DNA of 63,367 nucleotides, filler included, from Vannella sp. (lineage: Eukaryota): NCBI GenBank assembly GCA_023345925.1. It is 8 parts of 8 records of this genome, joined end to end, with 100 filler letters (N's around TTAATTAATTAA, not from the genome) between each part and the next. Parts side by side here need not be neighbours in the genome. Positions count along the whole stretch, not along the records: positions 1 to 6,263 come from JAJQQN010000768.1; positions 6,364 to 15,120 come from JAJQQN010000074.1; 6 more parts are not named here. The stretch is one strand, 5' to 3'. A program made the translations under genes and the position numbers. Numbering within the stretch: position 1 is the stretch's first letter; each line of letters opens with the position of its first letter. A model generated the notes under the pieces. The model did not search any database. It was not told where the DNA came from and saw only the letters and a list, made by a program, of their open reading frames with translations. This document shows, in pieces, positions 1-12,147 of this stretch.

Positions 1-468
1 GAGTATGATCCCACCATCGAGGATTCCTTCCACAAAATGATGACTATCGATGACGAGACATGTCTGCTTGATGTTCTCGACACTCACGTTGGCCAACAAC
101 AAGAGTTCTCCGCCCTGCGCGACCACCACATGCACTCGGCGTAGGCTTCGTTTGCGCCTATTCCATCACCTCCCGCACCTCCTTTGACGAGATGGATTCC
201 TTCTATGAGCAGATCCTTCGTGTGCAGGACAAGGACAAGGTGCCCATGGTCCTGGTGGGGAACAAGTGCGACTTGAGGGAAGAACGACAAGTGAGCGCCG
301 AGAAAGGCCAGAACCTGGCCCAGTCCTTTGACTGCCCGTTCTTCGAAACCTCCGCCAAGGCTCGTATCAACGTCGAAGAGGCCTTCTTCGAACTGATCCG
401 AGAGGTCCGCAAAGAGGGAGGGCTGGCCTGTCGCTCAAAAGAAGAGAAGTGTTTGTTCTCTCTGCTAA
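1..468 (+). pseudogene. Ras-family small GTPase, 5'-partial, with two compensating frameshifts
   Basis: Frame 1 gives [10 protein letters not shown] (effector loop) and [15 protein letters not shown], then TAG at 142-144. Frame 3 continues GFVCAYSITSR...VLVGNKCDL...FETSAK. The polybasic CaaX tail QKKRSVCSLC-TAA (ending 468) is back in frame 1. Confidence 0.75.
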
Positions 469-511
469 ATGATCATTCTGGTGATGCTCTTTCAACCATT
501 TGGAGGCGGGA

Positions 512-1979
512 ATGAGCGTCGGGAGCGTGGCGGAGTGGAGGGCAAAGGTTGCGGGGAAGAAAGCTGGTTCTGACAATCCAAAGTTGTCGCCAGCGTTGTT
601 AGATGCACTGTAAGGAAGAGGGTGATGATGAGGAGGTCTGGGAGCTGATAGGAGAGCAAAGGAGGTCAAAACAGGTCACCGCCCCTCCGGTTATGGAGCG
701 TGTGATCGAGCTGAAGAAGCCCAAAGTATCTGATAGGAAGTCTAGAGCATCTTCAGCAACGCCACGAGGCTCTGTGCATAAGTACGAGGTTCCGGAGGTG
801 CCGAAAGAGGAACCACCAGTCAGGCGGAAGGCCAAACCAGACTTAAACGACAGTACAGAAGGGCTCTGGGTCCTAAAGAAGAGCAAGAGATCCAACAAAA
901 CATCCGAAACAACCCCTTCTCCGGCTCCAAAGCCCCCTACTCCACGAGGTTCGGTGCACAAGTACGAGGTGCCGAAGGAGAAACCGCAAGTCGCACGGAA
1001 GGTCGACTTGAAGAGCAGTACAGAGGGGCTCTGGGTCCCAAAGAAGAGCAAGCAACCCACGAAAACACCAGAACCAACTCCTGCTCCACAAAGGAGACCA
1101 GCTTCGGCACCAGCTAAGCCAAAGAAGGATCCTCAGCCAGCCCCAAAGCCCCAGCGAGTTGCAGAGAGAGGATCGAAACCAAAGAACCCACAAAAGCTTG
1201 CGGAAGCGCACAGAGAAGAGGCTTCGGAGCGCAGGACAGGCAAAGAGGCTCGCCCTCCTCCTGTCCCAGCGAAGTCCGCCATCCCCCAGCCATCTGTGAA
1301 GCCAAAAGTACGTACAATAGCTCAGACTACAAAGAAAGATGTAGTCAGGGCAGTTCCAAAGAGTGTACGAGAAGATAAGGCCCCTGCAAGAGTGCCCTCG
1401 AAGGAGAAAGCACAACGCCGGCTCCCTTCGGAGTCACCTCCTCGGAAGAAGTTAAAACAGCCTACACCATCCTCAGCCTTCCGCCAGCGCCCCACCCAAG
1501 CTCCAGAGAAGAGGTTATCGCTGCCTCCTGTCGGGGAGAAGAGATCTCGACCCTCAGGAAGCAGAGGAGAGCCCCCAAGACCACTCAAAAGAGCAAAGAC
1601 GACCAGCAGAGATCGTCCTAGATGGTCAGAGGATGAGGAAGAAGACGAGGATATGAAAGACTTCATCGCTTCCGAAGATGAAGAGGACGAATCGCTTCGC
1701 CTGGGCATCTACCGCAAAGCTATGGCTCGTATAGGTCGCAACAAAGCACCTCGGAGACTCAGATACGACAGCGGAGACGATTCCTCTGACATGGAGACTT
1801 CCTTCTTCGATGCCGAGCGTGAAGAAGCACGGAGGTGCGTCATCTGGGCTGCTGGATCCACCCATGACTAACAAGGGGCTTGCTTTAGTGAGGTCATTGG
1901 TCGTCAGCAAGATCGGGAGGAAAGGGAGAAGGAACGACGCCGCCAAGCCGAGAAGGCGAGGAGGAAAGGACTACTTTGA
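512..1979 (+). CDS. SPT2-like chromatin protein (Lys/Pro-rich, C-terminal SPT2 domain)
   Basis: C-terminus EDMKDFIASEDE...DDSSDMETSFFDAEREEARS..IGR matches the SPT2 motif. Predicted introns 548-602 and 1835-1888 (GT-AG) join the pieces in frame to TGA at 1979. Confidence 0.65.
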
Positions 1980-2029
1980 AGCGATAAACGAGCTGGAGCA
2001 AGTGGAATAGGCGAGCATGGGCAGGTTTA

Positions 2030-2789
2030 TTAAGTGAGAATGATCAGAAGGACCAGCACGATGATCACGATGAAGAGAGCGATGATGAGCAACCAACAAC
2101 CCGCTGTTCCTGCCTCCTTCTTGAGTGTGTCGATGCGCAGTGTTTCTGAGTCTACGCGAGAGGATGTCTTCTCAATCTTGACCTCCATTCCGCCCAGAAG
2201 GCGGTTGTGCTCGGTGAGTTCATCGTTGATCTCTTGACCGACCCGCGTGATGCGCCCTACTTGGGCAGAGATCTGATCCAGGCGTTGGTCTTGCTGGTCA
2301 ATCTTCTTCTGTTGCATGGCATAGACACTCTGATTGTCCATCCCGGTGGTTTCTGCCGTCTCCCCGAAGACTCGGCGTTTTGCGCCTGCCGCTCCTCCCA
2401 AGAGCTCGTTCCGCATTGTGGAGGAGACTTGCTCAGGAGACTGTGCTATCTTTTGCTTCAGCGTCTCTGTCCGGTTCTGTAGGCCCATGAGGACGCCTTG
2501 CCGACGAGTGACCTCTGAGTCGGTTCTGTCGTTTACGTGTCAGCAAAGGCAAGCAGAGAGCCCCTAAGGCACCTTACACTCGATAGGTTATAGGATCTGT
2601 CATCTGAGCAGCCAAGTCATCGTCCAACTGAGCACAGGAGGTCTCCAAATGACGCACTTTCCTCTGTAAAGAGGTTTGAAGTCTGGCAACATCGTGCCCT
2701 TGCATCGCCTCGCGGCTTCGTTGCTTCAAGTCCTCATCAATCTCCTCTGCCAACGCCACTGCTGTCCCAAAGTTCTTCGTCCAGTCCAT
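2030..2789 (-). CDS. Qc-SNARE, syntaxin-8/SYP5-like
   Basis: SNARE motif QQDQRLDQISAQVGRITRVGQEINDELTEHNRLL and a C-terminal TM anchor. A 52-nt intron (2577-2526) joins the ORFs at 2574-2789 and 2030-2488. Confidence 0.85.
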
Positions 2790-3137
2790 GCACTTCCCAA
2801 GCAGCCCCCAGCAAATGCCTTCCCTCGGAGGGAGAGAAAATTCCTTCCTTTTTCGCTGTTCCCCTCTCCTTTCGGCGTCTGGAGAAGGAGGAAGAGCGAG
2901 TAGAGAAGGGAGAACTCGTAGATGTAGTCAGAGAGTGCCGTTAGTCGCTCTTGTAAGAAGGAGCGGGGATGGAAGGAGCGCGGTCGTGAAGGGGCGGAGG
3001 CATGTAAAGAGTGTCCGAGTAGAGTGGCCCTTGGCTACTTTGTGCAGCAGAGATGGCCATTGGTAGATCGGAGGATGCTCGAGCGACGTTCCTGTACAAA
3101 CATGAGCCGGTTGGAGCCTCTTCGAGTGATCTCTGGC

Positions 3138-3866
3138 TTACTCTGTTTCTGTGATCATCACATAGGCTAAGAGACCCATTAGGGTGATGAAGGAGTACAC
3201 TAGAATACAAGCAAGCCCTCCCACAGGGTCTTCTTCCTTAAACTGCTCCCAGGAGTAGTTGATCACCACTGGCTTGAGCTCTCGTCCCCCGTGGTCACCA
3301 TGTTCGTTGACTATTGAAAGTACGTATGAGTAGGAAGATAGGTAGAAGCGGGAGGGGCCTTACAGTCGGGATCCCACTTGATATCGACAATGTTCGGGCC
3401 GTGGAAGATGAAAACGACATTCAGAAGCACCAAACTCTGCTCTCGGCTCATATCACGCACGGGAAACCATGGAGAGATGAAGTTCTCATCCTCAAAGGAC
3501 AGCATAAAGCGGAAAGTGTCCGTATCCTCCCTTGAACCAGCTGCGGCGCATGTCAGAAGACCTCGTTTGAAGGGATTGTGGGTGCTACTCACGCCCAGAG
3601 AGCATTTTGTCGTCGGTCATGGCTGTAAGTTCAACAGACTTTTCTTGCTGGAAGCGGGGACAAAGGGAGCTGGTCATGGCAGACCAAGTCGTCATCTTCT
3701 ACTCGCCACTCGTGAGACCGAGCCGTTTGCGTTGGTCCCTTGCCCTCCTTACGTTCCCATGTTGACTCCTCTTTGATAACCTCACTAAATCACCTGCGCG
3801 GTACTGCCGCCCTTCCACGTAAACCAACAAAACACCCAAAACCACCAGCAAAGCCACTCCTCTCAT
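3138..3866 (-). CDS. Conserved type I membrane protein of unknown function (multi-exon)
   Basis: Signal peptide MRGVALLVVLGVLLVYVEG, then YRAGDLVRLSKRSQ...CPRF...FISPWF...INYSWE and a C-terminal TM (GGLACILVYSFITLMGLLAYVMI). Exon boundaries are approximate. Confidence 0.55.
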
Positions 3867-4138
3867 CTCCCGCCCGCAACAAATGGCCTTCGCCAAGGCA
3901 TTGCTCCGTCCCTTACTTGTTCAGAGGCCACGTCCAAGGTCATTGAAGTGAATCAAAGAGGCCTCGAGACAAGGAGGAGTCGGAAGACGGCGAACGCTCC
4001 TCACCGTTCTGATTGGCTCTCGAGAGTAGAAGTTCTGCCTTCTGGGGAAACGGTTTGCTATCTATCTTTCTGGAAGAGTGAATGGCTCTCTCATGCTATC
4101 AGGACACCTTGGAGGTGGATCTGAAGGAGGTGAATGGT

Positions 4139-6263
4139 TTAGTTCAATTTGCGAAGGAGGACAGCCCAGTTGGAATGGTCATTGTAAGAGTTGAGAACTT
4201 GAATTGTCCCAACCTCGTGGAAAAGGCTTTCCAATTCACCTTGTCTGAAAACGTGGCAATATCGTTGGAGTACTTCACTCTCTTTCTGGCCCTTTGCTGT
4301 GAGGTGCCAAGGGACGAAGCAATCTTGTTCTGGAAACTTGCGAGAACCAACCTCTCCATCTGCTTGCTCAAAAGCCCAAGCATATACTAAAACGCGTCCT
4401 CCAGGCTTCGTGATGCGAAGTAACTCCCGGGCAAGACCCAGGCGTCTGGATTTGGTGCTAATATGATGGAAAACGGCAATGTTGAGAACAACATCGAAGA
4501 GCCCATCACGGAATGGCAGCGAAAGTCCATCGGCTACGAAGAGTTCGTGGTTGTGGACTCCTTTCAGTTTCGATTGAATCAACAGATTCTCGCTGATGTC
4601 AGTTCCAACAGAAACAACAGAAGGAGGGACGCATCGAAGGTATTTACCGTTCCCGCACCCCACATCAGCCAAAAGCATGGATTGGTCAATCCCATTGAAC
4701 TCTTCGAGATCTTCTGGAACGTTTGTCTGATCACGCAAAGTTAGGAACCGAGATATAAGAGGCCAAGGAGAGTGTCTGGTGTTGGAAAAATGCTCAGCAG
4801 CGGTCTGATAGAACTCTAGGACATGTTTACGCTCAAGTTTTTGTCCAGCAAGCTCGGATTCCTCTGAGCTCACCTGAAGCAATTGCCGAGTATTTTCATC
4901 CATCAACTGCGCTGTCTCCTTGCTGTCAGCTTGTTTGGTCTTGATGTTTGCCTGTTGGGTGTCACACGGACCTGGCCAAGAGCATTGGCACCTTTTAGAC
5001 TCCAGAACCCGGCGGAATGTCAAGGATACTCGACGATTTCTCTTCATCAGACGACTGTCCGAGAAGAATCTACCAACCAAGCTATTGTCATCCTCTGGCG
5101 AAACGTCCACGACATTATCAAAGCGCTTTTTCGTTATTCCGTGCTTCCAAGTATATCGGGATTCTGATGACATGACAAGAGCTGAGCAGCGAGGCAAGTA
5201 CACTCCAAGCTTTTTCTTTGGCTGCTCAGTATGTGAAAAGTCCATTCCACAACCAGAAAGCAGAGAGATGGAAGTTATTTCTGATTCAAAGGCCGAATGA
5301 GTGTCTACATGAGCCAGAATTCCTTGCCCCGGCTGATACTCATTCACTGTCACTTGGTTAGGTTCCAAAGTGAGTATTCCTCTTGTCATTAGTCTCTGAA
5401 TGAGTGTATCGAACACACTGGGAAGGCCATTTTCCACTCCCCCGTTTCTCGATAATTCATCGACATGAAGAGTGCCATAATTGAATCTGTAACCGTAATG
5501 CTGTACCCGACGGTTCATTGCAGAGGAGCTTCCTTGCTCACGAACCTCCCAGTGATCTCCCGGCCGATCAATCCAAGTCACTAATGCTGATTCCTCCTCT
5601 TCGTCGAGGATATCTTGGTGGAGTTGAAGGCCGGGTATCTTATCAGTTCTTGTTGAGTAAAGGACTTGTTTGGACTGCTGAGTTTGCTGAAAAGGGGTGA
5701 TGGGGACAACATGAGCACGGCTCACAGGCCACTGAAGGCCCCCAGACAGTGGAAAACGCTCCACTGAAGGAGATTTCCAGTCCTCAGAAGACAAGATATG
5801 ATAGACAGACTCTAGATCCTCAGGACAACAGAACTGAAGGTAGACGCAACTTTTCGCCTGCGAGATGCTGCCACTAAGCAGTAGAGGACGTCCTTCAGAG
5901 GATAGAAGAGCATTCACAATACAAATAACTTCTTCGAGGGCTTGAAGTGCGCAGTGTTGGATGGATCCTGAGAAGGAGCGACTGAGATAGAGATCAGAGC
6001 AAGCTCCCTCCTCCCCAAGCTTCCTATCGTAGCTACCAGAGCCATGCGTGGAGAAGCCAGCCTGCATTCGATTCCAAAATGGATCATCCTCTTCTTGTAA
6101 GGTGCGGAGGCGATCCAAGAACAGGGCAGCAGCCTTCGATTTGTTAAAGTTAAGGAAGAGATCCGCAGCGCCTTCTGTCTGAGGAGCTGTGAGAGTGTGT
6201 AAGAACAGATCCTTTGGGAACGTCAACACCACAATCTGTACGTGAGCTACTGCAGACTCCCAC
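4139..6263 (-). CDS. ALKBH8: ALKBH8-like tRNA wobble-uridine modifying enzyme (AlkB dioxygenase + Zn finger + Trm9-type methyltransferase), probably 5'-partial
   Basis: RRVQHYGYRFNY, NEYQPGQGILAHVD, WKHGI, RVSLTFR (2OG-Fe oxygenase); CQCSWPGPCD; LADVGCGNGKY, IAVFHH, QDCFVPW, RYCHVF (Trm9). Confidence 0.92.
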
Positions 6264-6363
6264 NNNNNNNNNNNNNNNNNNNNNNNNNNNNNNNNNNNNN
6301 NNNNNNNTTAATTAATTAANNNNNNNNNNNNNNNNNNNNNNNNNNNNNNNNNNNNNNNNNNNN
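6264..6363. other. Artificial contig linker (N44-TTAATTAATTAA-N44); identical linkers at 15121-15220, 23541-23640, 34375-34474, 38892-38991, 43789-43888 and 54109-54208
   Basis: Seven identical 100-nt N-padded spacers with a palindromic core carrying stops in all six frames. Confidence 0.98.
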
Positions 6364-6464
6364 GCGAGAAAAGTCACGAGCGGCCTCTTTGAAGCACCCA
6401 AAACTCTAAGTCTCCTTTAGTTTTTGGTGCTTGTGGAAGGGGTCCAGCTCACAACTTTGCTGGG

Positions 6465-9307
6465 ATGGTGGAGAAGAGGAGTTTGTCTGGAAGTGTGGCT
6501 TTGCGCGAGAGCCTTGATGCGGTTTCGATTTGTGGGGCTACTAGCTTTTGGGGAGAAGCCAGCCTCTACTCTCCTCATGTGGCTGCGTATGAGGGCGACT
6601 TGCTCCTGTTGGAAAGTATCGTTGTTACTGAGTTTGACGCGAACGTGCGTGATCAGAACGATGCTTCTCCACTTCACCATGCTGCTTTTGGTGGTTACTT
6701 GGACTGCCTTCGCTTTCTGCTGGAGAGCGGAGCGGTGGTAGATGCTACAGACAAGGACGGCCTCTCCGCGCTTCATATCGCGGCCTTCCAAGGCCATCTC
6801 CCCTGTATTAAGGCACTCATTGCCTATCACGCAGATGTTGATCTTGTGGACAACTCTGGTGAAGCACCCCTCCACAAGGCAGCCTTATACGACCACCCCG
6901 ACTGTGTCGAGTATCTCCTCTCGCAGGGCGCTCTTGTGGATGCGCGTAACAACGACAACCGAACCTCTCTCCTACTTGCTTCACAGCTTGGCTTCGACAG
7001 GTGCCTCTTCGTACGTAGAAAGGAGGAACGCGAAAGGGGAGAGCGGGACTGACGCTTTGGTAGAACCTGCTCAAGGCGAACGCGGTTGTGGACCTTGTTG
7101 ACTCTTCTGAACGCACTGCACTGCACATAGCTGCACTCTATGTAAGCTAGAAAGGAGAAACGAGAGCGCAACTGATGGGGAACGTTCTTTAGGGCTTTGA
7201 GAAGTGTGTCGGGCATCTTCTCGAGTATGACGCTTCTGTAGTCAAGGTGGACAATACTGGAGCTACAGCTCTCCATAACTGTACCTTTAGAGGCTTTGCG
7301 GAGGTGGTAGAGCTGATCACTCAGTCGGTAGGTCCCTTCTCTTCCCTACAAGCGGGGCGCTTGCTAACTGTCTCTCAGGCTAACGCAAACGATTGTATCA
7401 ACATGAAAGACAAGGATGGAGTGACTGCCTTGCACCACGTATGCTACGGAGGGATGGACGACTGCTTAGAGCATCTCATTAAGGTGAAAGCCATCCAACT
7501 CAACATCCAGGACGACAAGCAGTACTCTCCTCTCCACCTGTGTGCTATGCAAGGCTTCCTTCCTTGTGTAGACCGGCTCATTGGTGCAATCAAAGCCGCG
7601 AACTCTCATCGAGTCGTTCCTTCGATCCTCTCTACGAAGTCCCAGCTTGGTTCTAGTCCTCTGCACCTGGCTGCGCTTAACGGTCACACAGAGTGTGTTA
7701 AGTCTATCCTGTCCAATGGCGCTCTTTGCAACGAGACGGACGAGGAGATGGCGACGGCGCTTCACAAGGCTGCATTCCAGGGTCACGAGAACTGCGTCGT
7801 GGCTTTGATAGAGGGCAGATGTGACATGAACTTGGTAGACCAGCATGGAGACACGGCCTTGCACAAGGCTGCGTACAGAGGCCATGACGAGTGTGTGGAG
7901 CAACTGGTTCAGAGAGGAGCCAATATCGACATCAAGGACCATCTCCACGCCATTCCTGCTCACAATGCTGCCACTGCGGGTCAAGTGAGCTGCCTGGACA
8001 AGCTTGTCAGTGAGACCAACATCAATGCCGACGACTGCAAAGGTCGTTCGCCCCTTCATTTGGCTGCTGCCAACGGCCAGTTGGAGGCCCTCCAGTACCT
8101 TGTCACTAAGCCCAACATTGACCTCAACATGGAAGACGCCAAAGGGCACAGTCCTTTGTACTTGGCTATTGAGAACGCTTACGAAGGCATTGTACACGAG
8201 TTGATTCTGGAAGACTGCGTGGTCGACCCCGGCTGCTACGAGTTGGTAGAGCAGCCACGTGTCATCATTTCAAAGGCGACTATTGAGAGCTTCCTTGAAG
8301 AGAAGGCGCAGCGGGCGAAGATGAAGAACTTGCAAGATCCCAAGACTCGCATGCTCATCCGGCAGTTGGTAGCTCTCTTCAACCAGAAGCCAAAGAAGGG
8401 ACTCCAAGCTCTCATTGATAAGGGTGTGATAGGGCGGTCACCTGCAGAGATTGCAGAGTTCCTTCATAACAACGAGCAACTCAACAAGCAGGCTATCGGG
8501 GAGCTTTTGGGAGAAGAAGAGTTCCATGACCTTCGCCGCTCCTTTGCGGATTACATGCATTTCGAGGGAATGGACTTTGACGTGGCTCTGCGCAACTATT
8601 TGTGCACCTTCAGACTCCCTGGAGAGGCACAGAAAATCGACAGATTGATGGAATGCTTCGCAGATCGCTATTACTCACAGAGTGCTCGTGCTCACGAAGT
8701 CTTTGTCAATAAGGATGCCTGCTTCATCTTGGCCTTTGCTGTTATCATGCTCAACACAGACGCTCACAATCCCGCCATCAAAAAGGCGAACAAAATGACC
8801 AAGCCTCAGTTCATCAGCAACAACCGAGGCATCAATGATGGCCAAGATGTGGACCGAGACTATCTCGAGAAGATCTACGACGGCATCTTGAAAGAGCCTT
8901 TCAAGATGAACGCTGAGAACTCCATTTTCACCAATGCAGAGAAGAAGGGCTATCTGACGAAGCAAGGGGGGCGAGTGAAGACCTGGAAGAAGCGTTGGTT
9001 CGTCCTCACCAACAACAACCTTTATTACTTCCGCAGTCCTGACGACGAGAAGAATCCTCTGGGTTGGATTCCACTCGAGAACCTCGCCATTACTGTGGAG
9101 GAGGGCCGTCGTGGCCCCAATCGCTACGTGATGACCATTCAGTCTTCTACTCCAGGTCGTATGATCAAGTCTTGCAAGCTGGTCGATGGCCAGCCTGTCC
9201 CTGGCTCGCACTCTCGCTTCACCGTTGCCGCAGCCACCAAAGAGGAAATGGAAGGCTGGCGTGATGTCATCACTGCCGGCACTCAAGCCAATCCTCATCA
9301 ACAGTAA
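6465..9307 (+). CDS. Ankyrin repeat-Sec7-PH ArfGEF (Dictyostelium SecG-like)
   Basis: Many ankyrin repeats (xPLHxAA..G), Sec7 motif FRLPGEAQKIDR and IMLNTDAHN, PH domain KKGYLTKQGGRVKTWKKRWFVL. Several short introns lie between about 6520 and 7378. Confidence 0.92.
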
Positions 9308-9390
9308 ACACTCCTTCCCAGGAGCCACTCACGCCTTCCGGCCGTGGCAGCAATGAGGGGAGGCCAAAGGGGGGAAACGGTCATTTGGGG

Positions 9391-11962
9391 ATGGCGGACC
9401 GGCGGGCGCAGCTCCAAGCGCGCATCGATGAGCTGGACTTGCAGCTGGTGCATATCCCGTATAACTCTCCGAGAATGATGGAAGTAGTGGACGAGAGGGA
9501 CTTGCTGGAACAGGAGCTGCACGACTTGACAAGTTCCTCTTCGCCCCTTCAAACTTCTGGTCCTTTGTACACGACGTACCGTGACTCCACACCTGCCTAT
9601 GCAGCAAAGCCTTCTCCTTCTTCTGCTTACTCTGTAGCAATGAACTCGTTCTCTTCTGCATCGCAGACATCCTCGAACCCTCCTGCTGCTGCTCGCGCCC
9701 CCGTTTACCAACAGCCTCCTCAGAGTGGGTACCGACCAGGGCCTGCTTATGCAGCAGTACCGAACTATGCTTCATATCAACCAAGTGAACCTGCCAGGGT
9801 GGCGAGCGGCCCAGCGTACTCGCCCGTCCAGACTCAACCCGTTCCCGCTTATGCCTCCCAGTCCGTTCCTGTGGCGGCTCGTGTTCCCTATGCAGTTGGG
9901 ACTAACCCTGCTTATCCTGGTGCTTCTATACCTCTTCAGACGGCTCCTCAGGTGGCCCAAACTCCCACAATGTTCCCCTCCACCCCTCAACCAGTGTCCC
10001 ATCCCTCTTCTCCAGGCTATCCCTCAACAAGGGTCACTACGCCTCCTGTAGTGGCTCCCAATAGAGTAGACTCACGCCCTCAGAGCACGGCGGTACCGCA
10101 GAGCGCAGGTTTGGGCACTTGGGGAGGAACAGGAGCCTCCCAAGCTCAGTTCCAGGCCCCAAACAACCAAGCCTTCACTCCTTCTCAACGTCCCACTCAG
10201 CCACAGAGCCCAGTGTATTCCCCTCAAATGCAGAGAGCTCCTTCTCGGCCCAGCACAGCTCCAGACAGTCTTCTGGCGTTCACAAAGACCGAACCAGTTG
10301 CTTCTAGTCCCATTGGGAGCCTCCAGAATGCTCCTCAGAGGCCTGCTTCCCCTTCCCTTGCCAAATTCAACATGACAGAACCTTCCAAACCAGCTGTAGC
10401 CTCGTATACAGTGCCAGCAAGCCTAGCTCTGCCTCCCACACAGACGATAACAACTCCTACAGAGATGAGAGCGTCAGCAGAGTTGCCAGCATACCTCACT
10501 TCGTTGATGCCCCGCCGCCCTCTTCCTCCTGTAGCTGGCCCTTTGAGTTCAGAGTTCCTGGAGCGGGAGGAACGATTAGCAGCACGTGAGACAGAGCTAA
10601 GGACTAGAGAGCAGAACCTTCTTGACCTGGAAAGGGCTCTTCAAGCTCGGTCACGTGAGTTGGATGAACGGGAAACAAAGCTCAGACAATGGGAAGAGAC
10701 TCTGAGAGCTCAAAAGAAGAACCAGATTCAAGTGTTGGCCCAAAACATCCAAGAACAGACTCTTCCTGATGTTAAGAACTACAATCCGGCAAAGGTGACT
10801 CGTTGCCAGCAGTTTATTAAGAGATTCCTCCATTCCAAGCGGCTTCTGGCCGGTGAGGCTCAACCAAGAACAGTGTTGGAGCTACTGCGAGTGATTCAGC
10901 AGAAGGACAGCTCAGAGTGGAAAGAGAAACAGCAAAACCACTTCTTCTGGTCCGCTCGCTTTGAGATTCTGGCCACCGAAGAACGCTATGTGAACGACCT
11001 GACTCTAATCTTCAAGCATTATTTGACTCCTTTATTTGGATACTCAAAGACCAGCGATATGCAACAAGTCTTTGGGAACTTGGAAGAAATCTTCCGAATC
11101 AACATTGAATTCCTGTCCAATCTAAAGCATGGCTTCTATCAGACCTTGTCTGCTGATCTGCACCTGCCAGATAGCTTTACCATGCTCATCCAAAAGATGT
11201 CTGCCTACACAGAGTATTATCTGAACTTCGACCAATCTAACGTTATGCGACAGAAGCTCAAAGCAAGCAGTAAATACAAAGCTTTCTTGGATGATCTTCA
11301 AGCCAAGTCTCCAACTCCCAATTTCGACTTGGATTCGTACTTAATTAAGCCTTGTCAGCGTCTTCCAAGATACAAGCTTTTGCTTGAGGCTGTAACAAAG
11401 CTGATGCCTCCAACGCACCGAGATTTACTTCCTTTGACCAAAGCCACAGAGCAATTAGACCGAGTGATTATCACAATTAACGAGCGGAAGCGGGATGACG
11501 AGAACCGCCAGCAGGTCGCATTGATTGCTTCAAAGCTTCAATGCCCCGGAAACTTCAATTTATTGGACACAGATCGACGCTTGGTTCATCATGCAGCACT
11601 GAATCTTATTCCACCCAAAACTCCAAAGCACTCTTGGAGAGCGGGAAGGACTGGCTACCTTTTCTCTGATGTCTTGTTAGCAACGAAAAGTCGAGTTCTC
11701 TCTTACATGCAAACAGTTGTGTGCATTATCGACCTGAAAGAGGAAATGATTTTAGAAGATTTCCCAGACACTGAAGGTAACCCTCATCACCTGCATTGTC
11801 TTGAATATCTGTACTCACCTTCTTCCTTTAGAGCTCTGGAACTGCTTTGTCATAACTCAAGGAGAGATTAGCGTTTTCCTCATTGCTGAAACCTCCGAAT
11901 GCAAAATGGCATGGCTGGAGAACATTCGAAAGACAGTTGCTGCTTTGAGTATGCCGCTGTAA
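9391..11962 (+). CDS. RhoGEF (Pro-rich N-terminus, coiled coil, IQ-like motif, DH-PH)
   Basis: EILATEERYVNDL, VFGNLEEI, LDSYLIKPCQRLPRYKLLL and a PH domain with YLFSDVLL. An intron at about 11778-11830 extends the PH domain to TAA at 11962. Confidence 0.88.
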
Positions 11963-12147
11963 CTGCACTAAAACACTGGAAGATATCTCTTTCAGGCTCT
12001 TCTTCTTGGAACGCATTGATTAGTGTAGTGGGGACCTGCTCCAGCCCTCTGCCGCCCCTTCATATCCTCCTTCATGACATCATAATGATGGCATTATGAC
12101 CATACATCATAATTGCGGCATTGTTCTCCGTACGTGGTGACCGCGGC

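Noticed and set aside
6308..6319. Recurrent palindrome TTAATTAATTAA as a biological repeat or site
   Set aside because: It is always centred in identical N padding, so it is an artificial contig linker.
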